Of a stretch of 64,000 nucleotides of DNA, positions 20,768-30,545 are shown one piece after another. The stretch is from assembly GCA_036229005.1 (NCBI GenBank), contig JAZAMN010000016.1:64001-128000 (forward strand), in the 5' to 3' direction. A program made the position numbers and the translations under genes. The DNA is from Myxococcota bacterium. Its GTDB lineage: Bacteria; Myxococcota_A; UBA796; CAJQPC01. The notes beneath the pieces were generated by a model that worked only from the letters and a program-made list of their open reading frames with translations, made no database searches and was not told the DNA's origin. Position 1 is the stretch's first letter. Each line of letters starts with the position of its first letter.

Positions 20768-21717
20768 CGGGCCTTCCGGAGCACCCGCGCCATGTCGGCG
20801 GGCATCGGGGCCCGCACCGAGATCACCTCGCCGGTGGCGGGATGTGGCAGGTGCAGTGCGCGGGCGTGCAGGCAGTGACGGGGGTGACCCAAGCGTCTGC
20901 GTAGGCGTCGGGTCGGCCTCCCCTCCAGCAGGTTCAGGAAGACCTCCGGGTCCTGGCCGTAGAGCCGGTCCCCCAGGATGGGGAAGCCCAGGTGGTCCAG
21001 GTGCACGCGGATCTGGTGCGTGCGCCCGGTGTGGGGCCGGCAGCTCACCAGGGTCAGGTCGCGGAAGCGCTGGATGACGCGGACCTCGGTCACGGCGCTC
21101 TGGCCATCGGCGACCACCGCCTGCTTGAGGCGCACCGGAGAGTCCGGGTCCGAGCCGATCGGCGCGTTCACCAGGCGCTGCTCCCAGGGCACCACCCCCC
21201 GCACGATCGCGTGGTAGGTCTTGAGCACCGCGCGCTGCTTGAAGGCCTCCTTGATGTTCACCGTGGCCAGCTTCGTGCGCGAGACCAGGTTCACCCCGCT
21301 GGTCTCCCGGTCCAGGCGGTGCAGCAGGTGCAGGTCCTCGTCCGGGAAGGCCTCGCGCGCCAGGTTGATCAGCCCCCAGATGTAGATCCCCCCCGCCGGG
21401 TGGGCCAGCAGCCCGGTGGGCTTGTCGAAGGCCACAAAGTGCGCGTCCGCCCACAGCACCCGGGGCACCGCCGGCTTGGGCTCCACCGGCCCGTCCAGCT
21501 CGGGCAGCGTCACCGTCAGCGACTCCCCCTCCTTGAGGCCGGAGCTGGGCTTGAGGCGCCGCAGGTCGCTGAGGATCCCCCCGCCCCGGATCTCCGCCCG
21601 GATCTGCGAGCGGCTGTGGTCCGGCAGCCGCCCCGCCAGGAACACATCTGCCCTCATGCCGGCCTCTCTGGGCCCGACAAGGAAGTGGAGACCGGGTCTC
21701 TGCGGCGGGGTCTCCAA
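20764..21717 (-). CDS. RluA family (RluD-like) pseudouridine synthase
   Basis: S4-like N-terminus; DKPTGLLAHP, catalytic HRLDRETSG, TGRTHQIRVH, GDRLYG, LHA; exact start uncertain. Confidence 0.93.
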   Translation of the reverse strand: METPPQRPGLHFLVGPREAGMRADVFLAGRLPDHSRSQIRAEIRGGGILSDLRRLKPSSGLKEGESLTVTLPELDGPVEPKPAVPRVLWADAHFVAFDKPTGLLAHPAGGIYIWGLINLAREAFPDEDLHLLHRLDRETSGVNLVSRTKLATVNIKEAFKQRAVLKTYHAIVRGVVPWEQRLVNAPIGSDPDSPVRLKQAVVADGQSAVTEVRVIQRFRDLTLVSCRPHTGRTHQIRVHLDHLGFPILGDRLYGQDPEVFLNLLEGRPTRRLRRRLGHPRHCLHARALHLPHPATGEVISVRAPMPADMARVLRKAR

Positions 21718-21751
21718 TCCGATCTCCTGCGCGGGTGGCTATCCTGTGATC

Positions 21752-23122
21752 ATGCTGTTGTTGCTGCTGGCCTGCAACGCCACGCCCTTTCAGGGCTGGT
21801 CCCGCGACCCTGGGTCCGACTCCCAGGACAGCGACACCGCCGCGTCCAGCGACACCCCCCTGGATCTGGAGCGCAGCCCCCGCTGGGAGTCCGAAGAGTC
21901 CGGCGTCGCTACGGGGCTCGCCTTCGCCGACGTGGACCAGGACGGCGATCCCGACCTGCTGGTCAGCTACGGCAACGACATCCAGCGCGGCCCCATCGCG
22001 CTCTACGAGAACGTCGACGGCAAGCTCCAGGAGCGCGCAGCGTGGACCAGCTCGGGGCTGCACTACTACGGCCACATCAGCGCCGCGGACGTCAACGGTG
22101 ACGGCTTCCCGGACCTGGTCGCCAGCCGCTTCATCGGCGACGGCGGCTTCTCCGAGACCGGCGGCGTCGAGCTCTTCCTGAACCAGGGCGGCACCCTGAG
22201 CACCCAGCCCGACTGGAGCGCCGGGGGCTTCCACTCCTTCAACAACACCCTGGGCGACCTGGACGGCGACGGCGACCTAGATCTGGCCGTCGCGGTGGGC
22301 GAGCCCTACCACTCAACCCCCGCCTCCTCCCTGGTCTTTGAGAACGACGGGAGCGGGGACTTCGGCGCCTCCCAGATCTGGAGTTCGCCCCCCGGACAGG
22401 CCCTGGACGTTGGCCTGGCGGATCTCGACGGGGACGGCTGGCTGGATCTGGTGCTGGCCAACGTGGGCACACCGCACGCCATGTACCCGGGCGGCCCCGA
22501 CGGCCTCTCGGACACCCCGAGCTGGCTGGCCGCAGGCGAGGACACCCGCTTCGAGGGCAACACCCTGGACATCGGCGACATCGACGGCGACGGGCACCTG
22601 GACCTGGTCATCAGCGACAACCTGCAGCTCGGCGGCGCGGGCACCGTGAGCGTCTACTGCGGCCCCGACTGGGCGCGCTGCTGGGAGTCGCAGGACGACC
22701 CGCTCTACCAGTCGGCCGTGCGCCTGGAGGACGTCGATGGAGACGACACCCTGGACCTGGTCGCGGGCGCCTGGGGCCCCGAGGGCAGCCTGGGCGCGTC
22801 GGTGCGGATCTACCTGAACCAGGGGGAGGCCCTGGAGCCGGAGCCCTCCTGGATCTCGTCCCCAACGTCCGTCATCGAGGCCCTCGCCTTCGGCGACCTG
22901 GACGGCAGCTCGTCCACCGTCGAGGTCATCTCGGGCCAGGGCCTGCAGCCCATCCCCCGGGGCCGCGTGGTGGAGGCCTCCGGCGCCTGCACCCACGAGG
23001 GCTGGGCCTCTGGCCCCGGCGAGTGGAGCGTGAGCGTATTACTGCCCATCCGCCGCGATCTGGCGGTGAGCAACTGGGACAAGGACATCGGGAACCACCT
23101 GTATGGCCGCTCGACGCCTTGA
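21752..23122 (+). CDS. FG-GAP/VCBS repeat lipoprotein (beta-propeller)
   Basis: MLLLLLA-C; about 7 repeats of (A/G)DxDGDGxxDL. Confidence 0.88.
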   Translation: MLLLLLACNATPFQGWSRDPGSDSQDSDTAASSDTPLDLERSPRWESEESGVATGLAFADVDQDGDPDLLVSYGNDIQRGPIALYENVDGKLQERAAWTSSGLHYYGHISAADVNGDGFPDLVASRFIGDGGFSETGGVELFLNQGGTLSTQPDWSAGGFHSFNNTLGDLDGDGDLDLAVAVGEPYHSTPASSLVFENDGSGDFGASQIWSSPPGQALDVGLADLDGDGWLDLVLANVGTPHAMYPGGPDGLSDTPSWLAAGEDTRFEGNTLDIGDIDGDGHLDLVISDNLQLGGAGTVSVYCGPDWARCWESQDDPLYQSAVRLEDVDGDDTLDLVAGAWGPEGSLGASVRIYLNQGEALEPEPSWISSPTSVIEALAFGDLDGSSSTVEVISGQGLQPIPRGRVVEASGACTHEGWASGPGEWSVSVLLPIRRDLAVSNWDKDIGNHLYGRSTP

Positions 23123-23336
23123 CGGCGGAGTCATCGTCGCCCTGGTCTGGGCCATCGTCGCGGTGGCCATGACCGCCCTGATCGGCCCCCAGCTCGGCCT
23201 GCGGGGCTGGCTCTGGCTGGGCCTGCACCACGCGCTCTGCCTGGCCGGCGTCACCCACGAGCTCCGGCGCGGCTACCAGCGCCACCGAGACCGCCTCGCG
23301 GCGCGCCAGCGCCCCCCGATGGAGACCACCCCATGA
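23103..23336 (+). CDS. Small membrane protein
   Basis: 77 aa, two hydrophobic helices, overlapping both neighbours in operon style. Confidence 0.6.
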   Translation: MAARRLDGGVIVALVWAIVAVAMTALIGPQLGLRGWLWLGLHHALCLAGVTHELRRGYQRHRDRLAARQRPPMETTP

Positions 23337-24376
23337 CCGCCCTGCTGCTGCTGGCCGCCTGCGCCAGCCCCGCCAAGATCAAGCGCATCCACGTGCCCTC
23401 CGACCAGGGAACCATCGCTCTGTGCCCGGGCGAGAACGCGGCCTTCAAGGTCAACGCCCGCATGCGCAACGGGCAGCGCAAGACCACCACGGGCCGGGGC
23501 CGCAACAAGCTGCCCTGGAAGCACCTGCGCGTGGAGCTCGACGGCGTGCCCCAGCCCGCCGGCCGGCTGCTCATGCCCCAGGACCCGCACACGAGCTGGA
23601 AGCGCCCCCTGGAGCTCAAGGTCTGGCTGGACGACCGCCCCAAGGTCTCCTGGGAGGGCCAGGTCGTCGCCCGCTACGACTGCGCCTACTACCTGGACCT
23701 GCGGGGCGCCCCCGGGATGCGCGGCGACTCCGACATGTCCATCAGCGCAGAAGACGGCGAGGACGGGCGGGACCGCGGCGGTGAGCGCGGCGGGCCGGGT
23801 CGCCGGGGCCAGGACGGCCGCCACGGCGCCCACGGGGGACACGCCGGCTACGGCGCGAACGCGACCGTTTCCCTGACCCAGGGCGAGGGCAAGACCGCCG
23901 GGCTGCTGGAGGCCCGCGTGGCCTACACGATGGGGAGCACCAAGGACACGCTGTACTACCTGCTCGACCCCAACAACGGGAGCCTGTGGGTGGACGTCAG
24001 CGGCGGCGTCGGTGGCGCCGGCGAGGACGGGCAGGACGGCGGCGACGGCGGCGACGGCGGCGACGGCACGCCCAGCGGGCCGGGCGGCCAGGGCGGAGAC
24101 GGCGGAGACGGCGGCTCCGGCGGAGACGGCGGCGTGGGCGGCAGCCTGGAGCTGCTCGTGGACGCGGGCGCGGAGCGCTACGCGGACCGGATCACGCTCC
24201 AGGCGGACGGCGGCCCTGCGGGGCCGGGCGGAGCCGGAGGGGATGCCGGAGACGGAGGCGACGGCAGCCCCGAGGGCGAGCCCGGCCGCGAAGGCCGGCG
24301 CGGCAACAGCGGCCGACCGGGGCGCCCTGGCGAGCTGTTGCCTTCCCGCGTCACCCCGGTCACCCCACGTTTCTGA
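23333..24376 (+). CDS. Lipoprotein with collagen-like Gly-X-Y repeats
   Basis: LAA-C lipobox; long G-x-x tracts (GEDGQDGGDGGDGG...). Confidence 0.8.
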   Translation: MTALLLLAACASPAKIKRIHVPSDQGTIALCPGENAAFKVNARMRNGQRKTTTGRGRNKLPWKHLRVELDGVPQPAGRLLMPQDPHTSWKRPLELKVWLDDRPKVSWEGQVVARYDCAYYLDLRGAPGMRGDSDMSISAEDGEDGRDRGGERGGPGRRGQDGRHGAHGGHAGYGANATVSLTQGEGKTAGLLEARVAYTMGSTKDTLYYLLDPNNGSLWVDVSGGVGGAGEDGQDGGDGGDGGDGTPSGPGGQGGDGGDGGSGGDGGVGGSLELLVDAGAERYADRITLQADGGPAGPGGAGGDAGDGGDGSPEGEPGREGRRGNSGRPGRPGELLPSRVTPVTPRF

Positions 24377-24437
24377 GCCGAAACATTTGCGCGACGGCGC
24401 TGGCCTGGACGACCCCTGCCGGGGTTAGTCCGAAGCC

Positions 24438-25139
24438 ATGAGCGCACACATCCTCTTGGTCGAAGACGAAGCCGATCTGGTCCAGACCCTCAGCTACCGG
24501 CTGGAGAAGGAGGGCTACAAGGTCAGCGCCTGCCTCCGCGGGCTGGAGGGCCTCGAGCGCGCGCGCTCGGAGCCCGCCCCCGACCTGGTGCTGCTGGACC
24601 TGATGCTCCCCGACATCTCCGGCACCGAGGTCTGCCGCCAGCTCCGCTCGGACCCCACCACCCGCCGCATCCCCGTGATCATGCTCACCGCCCGCGGCGA
24701 AGAGATCGATCGCGTCGTCGGCTTCGAGGTGGGCGCCGACGACTACATGACCAAGCCCTTCTCCACCCGCGAGCTGCTGCTGCGCGTGCAGGCCGTGCTC
24801 CGCCGCGCCCGCCGCTCCGGCAAGGGCGCCGCCGCCCTGCGCAGCTTCGGCCCCATCCAGGTGGACGAGCCCGGCCGCCGCGTGTGGATCGAGGAGGAGG
24901 AGGTCACCCTCACCCTCATCGAGTTCGACCTGCTCCTGTACTTCCTGAACAACAAGGGCCAGGTGCAGACCCGCGACCAGCTCCTGGCCGAGGTGTGGGG
25001 CTACCGCGAGGGCGTCTCCAGCCGCACCGTCGACACCCACGTCAAGCGCCTGCGGGCCAAGATGGGCGAGACCGGCAACTACATCGAGACCCTGCGCGGC
25101 GTGGGCTACCGCTTCCGCCGCAAGCCGCCGGCGCGATGA
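24438..25139 (+). CDS. OmpR/PhoB family response regulator (PhoB-like)
   Basis: LLVEDE, DLVLLDLMLP, MLTARGEEIDRVVGFEVGADDY, wHTH RTVDTHVKRLR...ETLRGVGYRF. Confidence 0.93.
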   Translation: MSAHILLVEDEADLVQTLSYRLEKEGYKVSACLRGLEGLERARSEPAPDLVLLDLMLPDISGTEVCRQLRSDPTTRRIPVIMLTARGEEIDRVVGFEVGADDYMTKPFSTRELLLRVQAVLRRARRSGKGAAALRSFGPIQVDEPGRRVWIEEEEVTLTLIEFDLLLYFLNNKGQVQTRDQLLAEVWGYREGVSSRTVDTHVKRLRAKMGETGNYIETLRGVGYRFRRKPPAR

Positions 25140-26836
25140 GCCGCACGCACCTCGCCACCCGCCTCTTCCTCCTCAGCCTCGGTCTCCTGCTCGCCCTCGG
25201 ACTGGGCTGGGGCATCGCCCTGGACCGCAGCCTCAAGGCCCGCCTGCTCAAGGCCGAAGACACCCGCCTCCAGGAGCAGGCCCAGCTCGTCCAGCTCCTG
25301 CTCGTGGACACCCCCGACGCCGGGCTCGATGCGCTCGCGGATCTGGTCGGCGCCGCCTCCGACACCCGCCTGAGCATCATCGACCAGGACGGCTGGGTGC
25401 GCGGCGACTCCGAGCTGGACGCCCCCGCCCTCCAGCAGCTCGACCGCCACGACACCCGCCCCGAGGTCGCCCAGGCTCTGGCCGGTGAGCGCGGCCTCAG
25501 CTCCCGCACCTCGGACACCCTGAACCAGGACATGCGCTACCTGGCGCTGCCCACCGAGCACAGCGGCCAACGCTGGGTCGTGCGCTCCGCCGCCCCGCTG
25601 GACGCCATCGACTCCGCCTTGAGCGCCCAGCGCCGCACCCTGGCCTTCTCCGGCCTCTCCGCCCTGGCCGTGGCCCTCTTCATGTCCGGCCTGGCGAGTT
25701 GGCAGGCCTCCCTGCTCCTGGAGCAGGCCCTGGTCCGCACCCACGAGCGCTCCCTGGACACCCGCCCCCAGCCCGACGAGGACGCCGCCGAGGCCCTGGA
25801 GACCGCCATCACCGCCCTCTCCGCCGAGCGCGACCGTTTCCGCGCCGTGCTGGAGGGCCTGGACGTCGCCGTCATCGCCCTGGACCACGGCCACATCATC
25901 CGCGTGGTCAACTCCGCCGCCGGACCGCTGCTGCGCGTGGACCAGAGCAAGCTGGGCCAGTCCATCTTCGAGGCCATCCCCCTCCCCCAGCTCCGCGAGC
26001 TGCTGGAGGACACCGACGAGGACGACGAGGTCGAGGTCATCGAGATCGCCCTCCCTGGCGCCACCACCGTCCAGCTCCGCATGACCCCCGCCCCCGGCGG
26101 CACCGTCCTGCTCTTCCAGGACCTCACCCGCCTGCGCCGCCTGGAGAACCTGCGCCGGGACTTCGTCTCCAACGTCTCCCACGAGCTGCGCACCCCCATC
26201 GCCATCATCCGCGCCAACGCCGAGACCCTGCTGGACGAGGCCATCGACGACGGCCCCGAGCCCACCCGCATGCTGGTCGGCGCCGTGCTGCGCAGCTCCG
26301 AGCGCCTCTCCGCCCTCATCTCCGACCTGCTGGAGATCTCCCGCATCGAGGCCGGCAAGATGCCCGTGCGCCTGGAGGTCCTGGACCTCACACAGATCCT
26401 CCACCGCCTGGAGGAGCCCATGGAGGAGCTCGCCCAAAAGGAGCAGGTCGGCCTGAGCTGCAGGGTGCCCCCGGACCTGCAGGTGCTCGCGGACCCCAAG
26501 GCCCTGCAGACGGTGCTCTCCAACCTGGTGACAAACGGCCTCAAATACACCCCCTCCGGCGGGGCCGTGCAGATCATCGCCACGCTCCAGGACGACATGG
26601 TGCGCCTGGAGGTACACGACTCCGGCCCCGGCGTCGCCATTGAACACAGAGAGCGCATCTTCGAGCGCTTCTACCGCGTGGACAAGGGCCGCAGCCGAGA
26701 AGTGGGCGGCACCGGCCTGGGTCTTGCCATCGTCAAGCACATGGTGCGCGCCATGAACGGCCAGGTGGGCGTCGGCGAGAGCACTGTGTTGGGTGGCGCC
26801 GTCTTCTGGCTGGAGCTCCCCAGCGTCTCGAGCTGA
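25136..26836 (+). CDS. Sensor histidine kinase, PhoR-like (2 TM, PAS, HisKA, HATPase)
   Basis: ATG 25136 overlapping the regulator stop; DFVSNVSHELRTP, NLVTNGLKY, DSGPG, FERFYRVDKGRSREVGGTGLGLAIVKH. Confidence 0.93.
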   Translation: MSRTHLATRLFLLSLGLLLALGLGWGIALDRSLKARLLKAEDTRLQEQAQLVQLLLVDTPDAGLDALADLVGAASDTRLSIIDQDGWVRGDSELDAPALQQLDRHDTRPEVAQALAGERGLSSRTSDTLNQDMRYLALPTEHSGQRWVVRSAAPLDAIDSALSAQRRTLAFSGLSALAVALFMSGLASWQASLLLEQALVRTHERSLDTRPQPDEDAAEALETAITALSAERDRFRAVLEGLDVAVIALDHGHIIRVVNSAAGPLLRVDQSKLGQSIFEAIPLPQLRELLEDTDEDDEVEVIEIALPGATTVQLRMTPAPGGTVLLFQDLTRLRRLENLRRDFVSNVSHELRTPIAIIRANAETLLDEAIDDGPEPTRMLVGAVLRSSERLSALISDLLEISRIEAGKMPVRLEVLDLTQILHRLEEPMEELAQKEQVGLSCRVPPDLQVLADPKALQTVLSNLVTNGLKYTPSGGAVQIIATLQDDMVRLEVHDSGPGVAIEHRERIFERFYRVDKGRSREVGGTGLGLAIVKHMVRAMNGQVGVGESTVLGGAVFWLELPSVSS

Positions 26837-26857
26837 GCGCCACTTCCGGGGGGCCGC

Positions 26858-27787
26858 TCAGATCTCCACCACCTGCATCCGCAGCCCCAGCGACGCTGCC
26901 CACTCCTGGAACTCCGGCACGAGCCCCCCCACGCAGGCAACGCGGCGCCCCCGATAGCCCCCCATCCCCTCGGGGGTCTCCAGCAGCTCCGGGTGGAGGG
27001 GATCCTGGCTGTAGGACTGTGAGATGTCCACCGCGAACACCTCTGTGCCCACGTGCATCGCGAGCCCTCTGCCCAAAGACGAGGACACACTGTCCGGGAG
27101 CGCAACCCCCGGAAACCAGAAGGGCCCGATCTGTGAGCGCGACAAGCGCGTCACGCTGCCCAGGGTCTCCTCCAACTGTGCGTGCAGCGCCAGCAGGGGG
27201 ACCTCGGCGTGGCGCATGAACAGATCCACCACCCCGCTGTCCGTGGCCACCAGCCCATCCCGCTCCAGATAGATGGGCCCGATGCGCAGCCCCTGGCCGC
27301 GCAGATCCACACAGATCCGCGACCAATACCCCTGGGCGTCGATGTGGTCAAAGTGCAGCCGGATGTCCAGGGTAGGGCTGCGCCGCCGCAGGGCCCCCCG
27401 CAGGCGGCGGCGGGGCAGGACTGTGTGACGTCTCAGGAAGCGGTGCAGCGCCCGCCGGCCGGCCACGCGGTCGCCCAGCTCCGGGTCCAGCCCCTTGGCG
27501 CGCTCGATCAGCGCCAGGTCTGTGTCGGATTCATCCCGCCCCTGCTGGGCGAGCACGGTCTCCGCGTGCACTCTGGAGACCCAGGAATAGGCGGGCAGAC
27601 CCACCACAGACAGCTCCGCCGGGGCCAGCAGGGGACCGGAGCACTCGGGCGAGAGCGCGTGCAGCAGCGCCAGGCACTCGGACAGGGGCGGCCAGTCCTC
27701 GTTTGGGGCCAGCCTGTCCAGCGCCGTGGCGAGGGCCCGCAAGTAGCCCGCCACCCGCTCCGGGGGGAGGGCCGGGGTGAGCCTCAC
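26858..27787 (-). CDS. Hypothetical protein
   Basis: GTG start overlapping the stop of the upstream coiled-coil gene; globular-looking composition. Confidence 0.72.
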   Translation of the reverse strand: MRLTPALPPERVAGYLRALATALDRLAPNEDWPPLSECLALLHALSPECSGPLLAPAELSVVGLPAYSWVSRVHAETVLAQQGRDESDTDLALIERAKGLDPELGDRVAGRRALHRFLRRHTVLPRRRLRGALRRRSPTLDIRLHFDHIDAQGYWSRICVDLRGQGLRIGPIYLERDGLVATDSGVVDLFMRHAEVPLLALHAQLEETLGSVTRLSRSQIGPFWFPGVALPDSVSSSLGRGLAMHVGTEVFAVDISQSYSQDPLHPELLETPEGMGGYRGRRVACVGGLVPEFQEWAASLGLRMQVVEI

Positions 27788-28815
27788 AGCTCCTCCCCTT
27801 CCTCCAGCCACTGCTCCACCTCCGCCTCGGCCTCGATGCGCAGGCGCCGGTCGGCCTCCGCGCGGGCCTTCTCCCGGGAGAGGGCGGACACGCTGTCGGC
27901 GAGCAGCAGGTTGCGGCCGTTGACCTCGGCGGAGACCCGGCGGGAGAGGTCGGGGAGCACGTCCACCAGCAGCGCCTGGGTCTGCTCCACGTAGGTCTGT
28001 GTGACCTCCATCGCGGTGCCCAGCTCGGACAGCGACTCCTGCAGCTCGGCGACCACCAGCGGGGCGTCAGCGGCCATGCCCAAGGCCTGAATGCGCCGCC
28101 CGGCGTTGTCCACCGCGCCGCTGGCCTTCATCACATAGCCGGACATCCCCTCGTTCAGCTCCATGACTGTGTCACGGAGGGCCCGAGCGGGCTGCAGGCT
28201 GTCGGCGGCGAGCTGCTCGGCCACCCGGAAGAGCTCCATGTTCAGGCTCTCCTCCCGCAGCTCGAAGCTGAGCTGGTCGATGCGACGGGCGCGCTCCGCG
28301 TCGGTGAAGTTGCCGGTGCCGGCCTCCAGGGCCTCCAGCTCGGCCTCCACCTGCAGCACCCGCTCGGCGCTCAGGCGCTGGTTGCCCGCGGACTCCACCC
28401 GCTCCCGGTGCAGCCCGTCCACCTGCTCCTGGAGCTCCAGGGCGGTCAGGCGCAGCTCGTCCGAGAACGCCGAGGCCTGGCGCAGCCGCAGCGACGCCAG
28501 CTCGTACTGCTTGAGCAGCCCCTCGGCCACGGACCGGCGGCCCAGGATCACCCGGCGGGCGGTGAAGCGGCGCATCAGGCTGGCCAACATCGAGTCGTCC
28601 GCCTGCTGGGCCTCCAGATCGGCCAGGGCGGACTCGTGGCCCTTCATGGCCTTGAGCTCCCCGTCCAGGGCGCGGCCCAGCTCGTCCTGGGTCTTGACCA
28701 GGGCCTCGACCTTGGCCAGGGCCTCCTGGTGGCGCTTGTGGATCTCCTCGCGGCGCTGCTGCAGCGCGGCCTGGTTGGGGGGCGAAGCTCGCTTGCGGGA
28801 GGTCACAGCCATCAT
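27784..28815 (-). CDS. Long coiled-coil protein
   Basis: About 343 aa, E/L/R/A-rich heptad pattern throughout, no TM segment. Confidence 0.8.
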   Translation of the reverse strand: MMAVTSRKRASPPNQAALQQRREEIHKRHQEALAKVEALVKTQDELGRALDGELKAMKGHESALADLEAQQADDSMLASLMRRFTARRVILGRRSVAEGLLKQYELASLRLRQASAFSDELRLTALELQEQVDGLHRERVESAGNQRLSAERVLQVEAELEALEAGTGNFTDAERARRIDQLSFELREESLNMELFRVAEQLAADSLQPARALRDTVMELNEGMSGYVMKASGAVDNAGRRIQALGMAADAPLVVAELQESLSELGTAMEVTQTYVEQTQALLVDVLPDLSRRVSAEVNGRNLLLADSVSALSREKARAEADRRLRIEAEAEVEQWLEEGEEL

Positions 28816-28893
28816 CGTTGTTGTACCCCGGGCGGGAGTTCTCTGCTGGGTTTGGGCGGGCGACACCGGGTTCGGACCGCGGCGGCGCGCAGA

Positions 28894-28909
28894 TGTTCCA
28901 CGTGGAACA
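28894..28909. promoter_or_regulatory. parS: parS site (perfect palindrome)
   Basis: TGTTCCACGTGGAACA between two divergent genes. Confidence 0.92.
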
Positions 28910-28979
28910 GACCCTCTCCATTGCAAGGCGGCCGGCGTCGTGGCACAAGGGCGATCGAGCCCCCAGCCCCGGAGTGCGC

Positions 28980-29489
28980 GTGGCCATTCGACAGCGGATC
29001 AAGGATCGCCTCAAGCGCGCGCTGGGCAAGGCCCCTCAGCCTGCCTCGGAGCCCGCCCCCCAGCAGCCGGCCAGCCCGCCCAAGGCCGCCGCCGAGGCCG
29101 CAGCTCCCAAGGCCGAGACCCCCTCTCCCCAGGCCCCCGCGCCGGCGCCCCCCAAGGCCGCCGCGCCCAAGCGCCCCGCCATGCCCGAGGGCGCCGTCTC
29201 CCGCCCGGCCCCCGGCTCGCCCAAGGCCCGGGAGATCTCGCCCGAGAAGCAGCGCAAGGCGATCCTGCGGGCCAAGAAGGGCACTCTGCGCTTTGTCCAG
29301 GACAAAGGCGGCGTGGCCCACCTGGGCGAGATGCACGACAACAGCGAGCGCCGCTACTTCGTGGCCCACCGCGGCTTCTCCCGCCTGATGGAGGAGATGA
29401 CCGAAGAGGGCCTGCTGGACTACGACGAGGCCACCGGCGAGAGCCGGCTCACGCCCGCAGGCGCTCAGTGGCTGAGCGAGCAAGGCTGA
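28980..29489 (+). CDS. Hypothetical protein: basic N-terminal helix, Pro/Ala linker, winged-helix-like C-terminal domain
   Basis: GGAG RBS + GTG; C-terminal FSRLMEEMTEEGLLDY...RLTPAG resembles a wHTH wing. Confidence 0.68.
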   Translation: MAIRQRIKDRLKRALGKAPQPASEPAPQQPASPPKAAAEAAAPKAETPSPQAPAPAPPKAAAPKRPAMPEGAVSRPAPGSPKAREISPEKQRKAILRAKKGTLRFVQDKGGVAHLGEMHDNSERRYFVAHRGFSRLMEEMTEEGLLDYDEATGESRLTPAGAQWLSEQG

Positions 29490-30459
29490 AGGGCGGGGTG
29501 ACCTCCACCACCACGCTGCCCCGCGCCCCGGACTCCGCGCAGGCGTGGGCCTGGGCGATCTGCTCCAGCGAAAAGCGCGCCGCGATGGTCGGGGCCAGGA
29601 TGTCCTCGCTGGCGAGCTGAGCCAATCGCTCGGTGTTCTCGCGGTCTCCAATGGCGACGTTGAAGACGGCGTGCTTGTCGCCCACCAGCCGGCTCGCCAG
29701 CATCCAGAACAGGTGCCCGGGGCGGATCGTCAGGGTCAGGTAGCGGCCCCCGGCGTTCAGGCGCTCCCGGGCCTGGGGGAAGCTGCTGCAGTCCGCGATA
29801 TCGAACACCACGTCCCAGCGCTGCTCGGCGCGGGTGTAGTCGAAGCTGCGGTGGTCGTGGACCTGGTGGGCGCCCAGGGCCTTCATCCGCTCGTGGTGCG
29901 CCTCGCTGCCCACCGCCGTCACCACAGCGCCCAGCCAGCGGGCGATCTGGATCGCGTAGCGGCCGACGCCGCCCGAGCCGCCCAGAATCAGGACCTCCTC
30001 GCCGGGCTGCACCTGGGCCAGCTCGTCCAGGAAGTGCAGGGCGGTGCCCGCGCCGTAGCTCAGCGCAGCGGCGGCCTCCCGCGAGACCTTGTCCGGGCGC
30101 AGGGCGATGGGGCCCTCGGCGTCCACCAGCACGGCCTCGGCCCAGGCGCCGTTGTCCACCTGACCGAAGACCTCGTCGCCCACCTTGAAGCGGGTGACCT
30201 GAGCGCCCACCTCGGCCACGCGGCCGGCGAACATGGTGCCCTGCACGGGGTGACGGGGCCGCAGCACGCCCATCATCAGGCGACCGGGGAGCGCGCTGAT
30301 GCCGGGGAAGTCGGCGCTGCGCAGGCGGCGGTCTCCGGCGCTGACCACGCTGACGTGCACGTTGACCAGCACCTGCCTGGGGCCGGGCTGGGGGCGGGGG
30401 ATGGCGCGCAGCTCGAGGACATCGCTGGGACCGTAGGCGGGGGTGAAGGCGGCTCGCAT
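29449..30459 (-). CDS. NAD(P)-dependent MDR family oxidoreductase (quinone oxidoreductase/alcohol dehydrogenase-like)
   Basis: AGGAG RBS; YGPSDVL, FKVGDEVFG, ILGGSGGVG Rossmann motif, DVVFD. Confidence 0.92.
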   Translation of the reverse strand: MRAAFTPAYGPSDVLELRAIPRPQPGPRQVLVNVHVSVVSAGDRRLRSADFPGISALPGRLMMGVLRPRHPVQGTMFAGRVAEVGAQVTRFKVGDEVFGQVDNGAWAEAVLVDAEGPIALRPDKVSREAAAALSYGAGTALHFLDELAQVQPGEEVLILGGSGGVGRYAIQIARWLGAVVTAVGSEAHHERMKALGAHQVHDHRSFDYTRAEQRWDVVFDIADCSSFPQARERLNAGGRYLTLTIRPGHLFWMLASRLVGDKHAVFNVAIGDRENTERLAQLASEDILAPTIAARFSLEQIAQAHACAESGARGSVVVEVTPPFSLARSATERLRA

Positions 30460-30545
30460 GGGGTTCTCCTGTTGCCCCTTCAAGCTATGCAAGACGATTT
30501 CGCATGGGCAGTACCCAACGCCGCCTATCGGTTATGCCTTTTTGC

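Noticed and set aside
24438..26836. Definitive phoB/phoR gene symbols
   Set aside because: Motifs are PhoB/PhoR-like, but there are no pst/phoU genes or Pho boxes here to confirm orthology
28818..28979. Upstream extensions encoding MFHVEQ/MFHVEH (also ORF 42424..42726)
   Set aside because: These peptides are simply translations of the parS palindrome, not evidence of coding
30460..30545. LysR T-N11-A operator between the divergent genes
   Set aside because: ATGC...GCAT dyads are present, but their spacing does not cleanly fit T-N11-A, so no site was called
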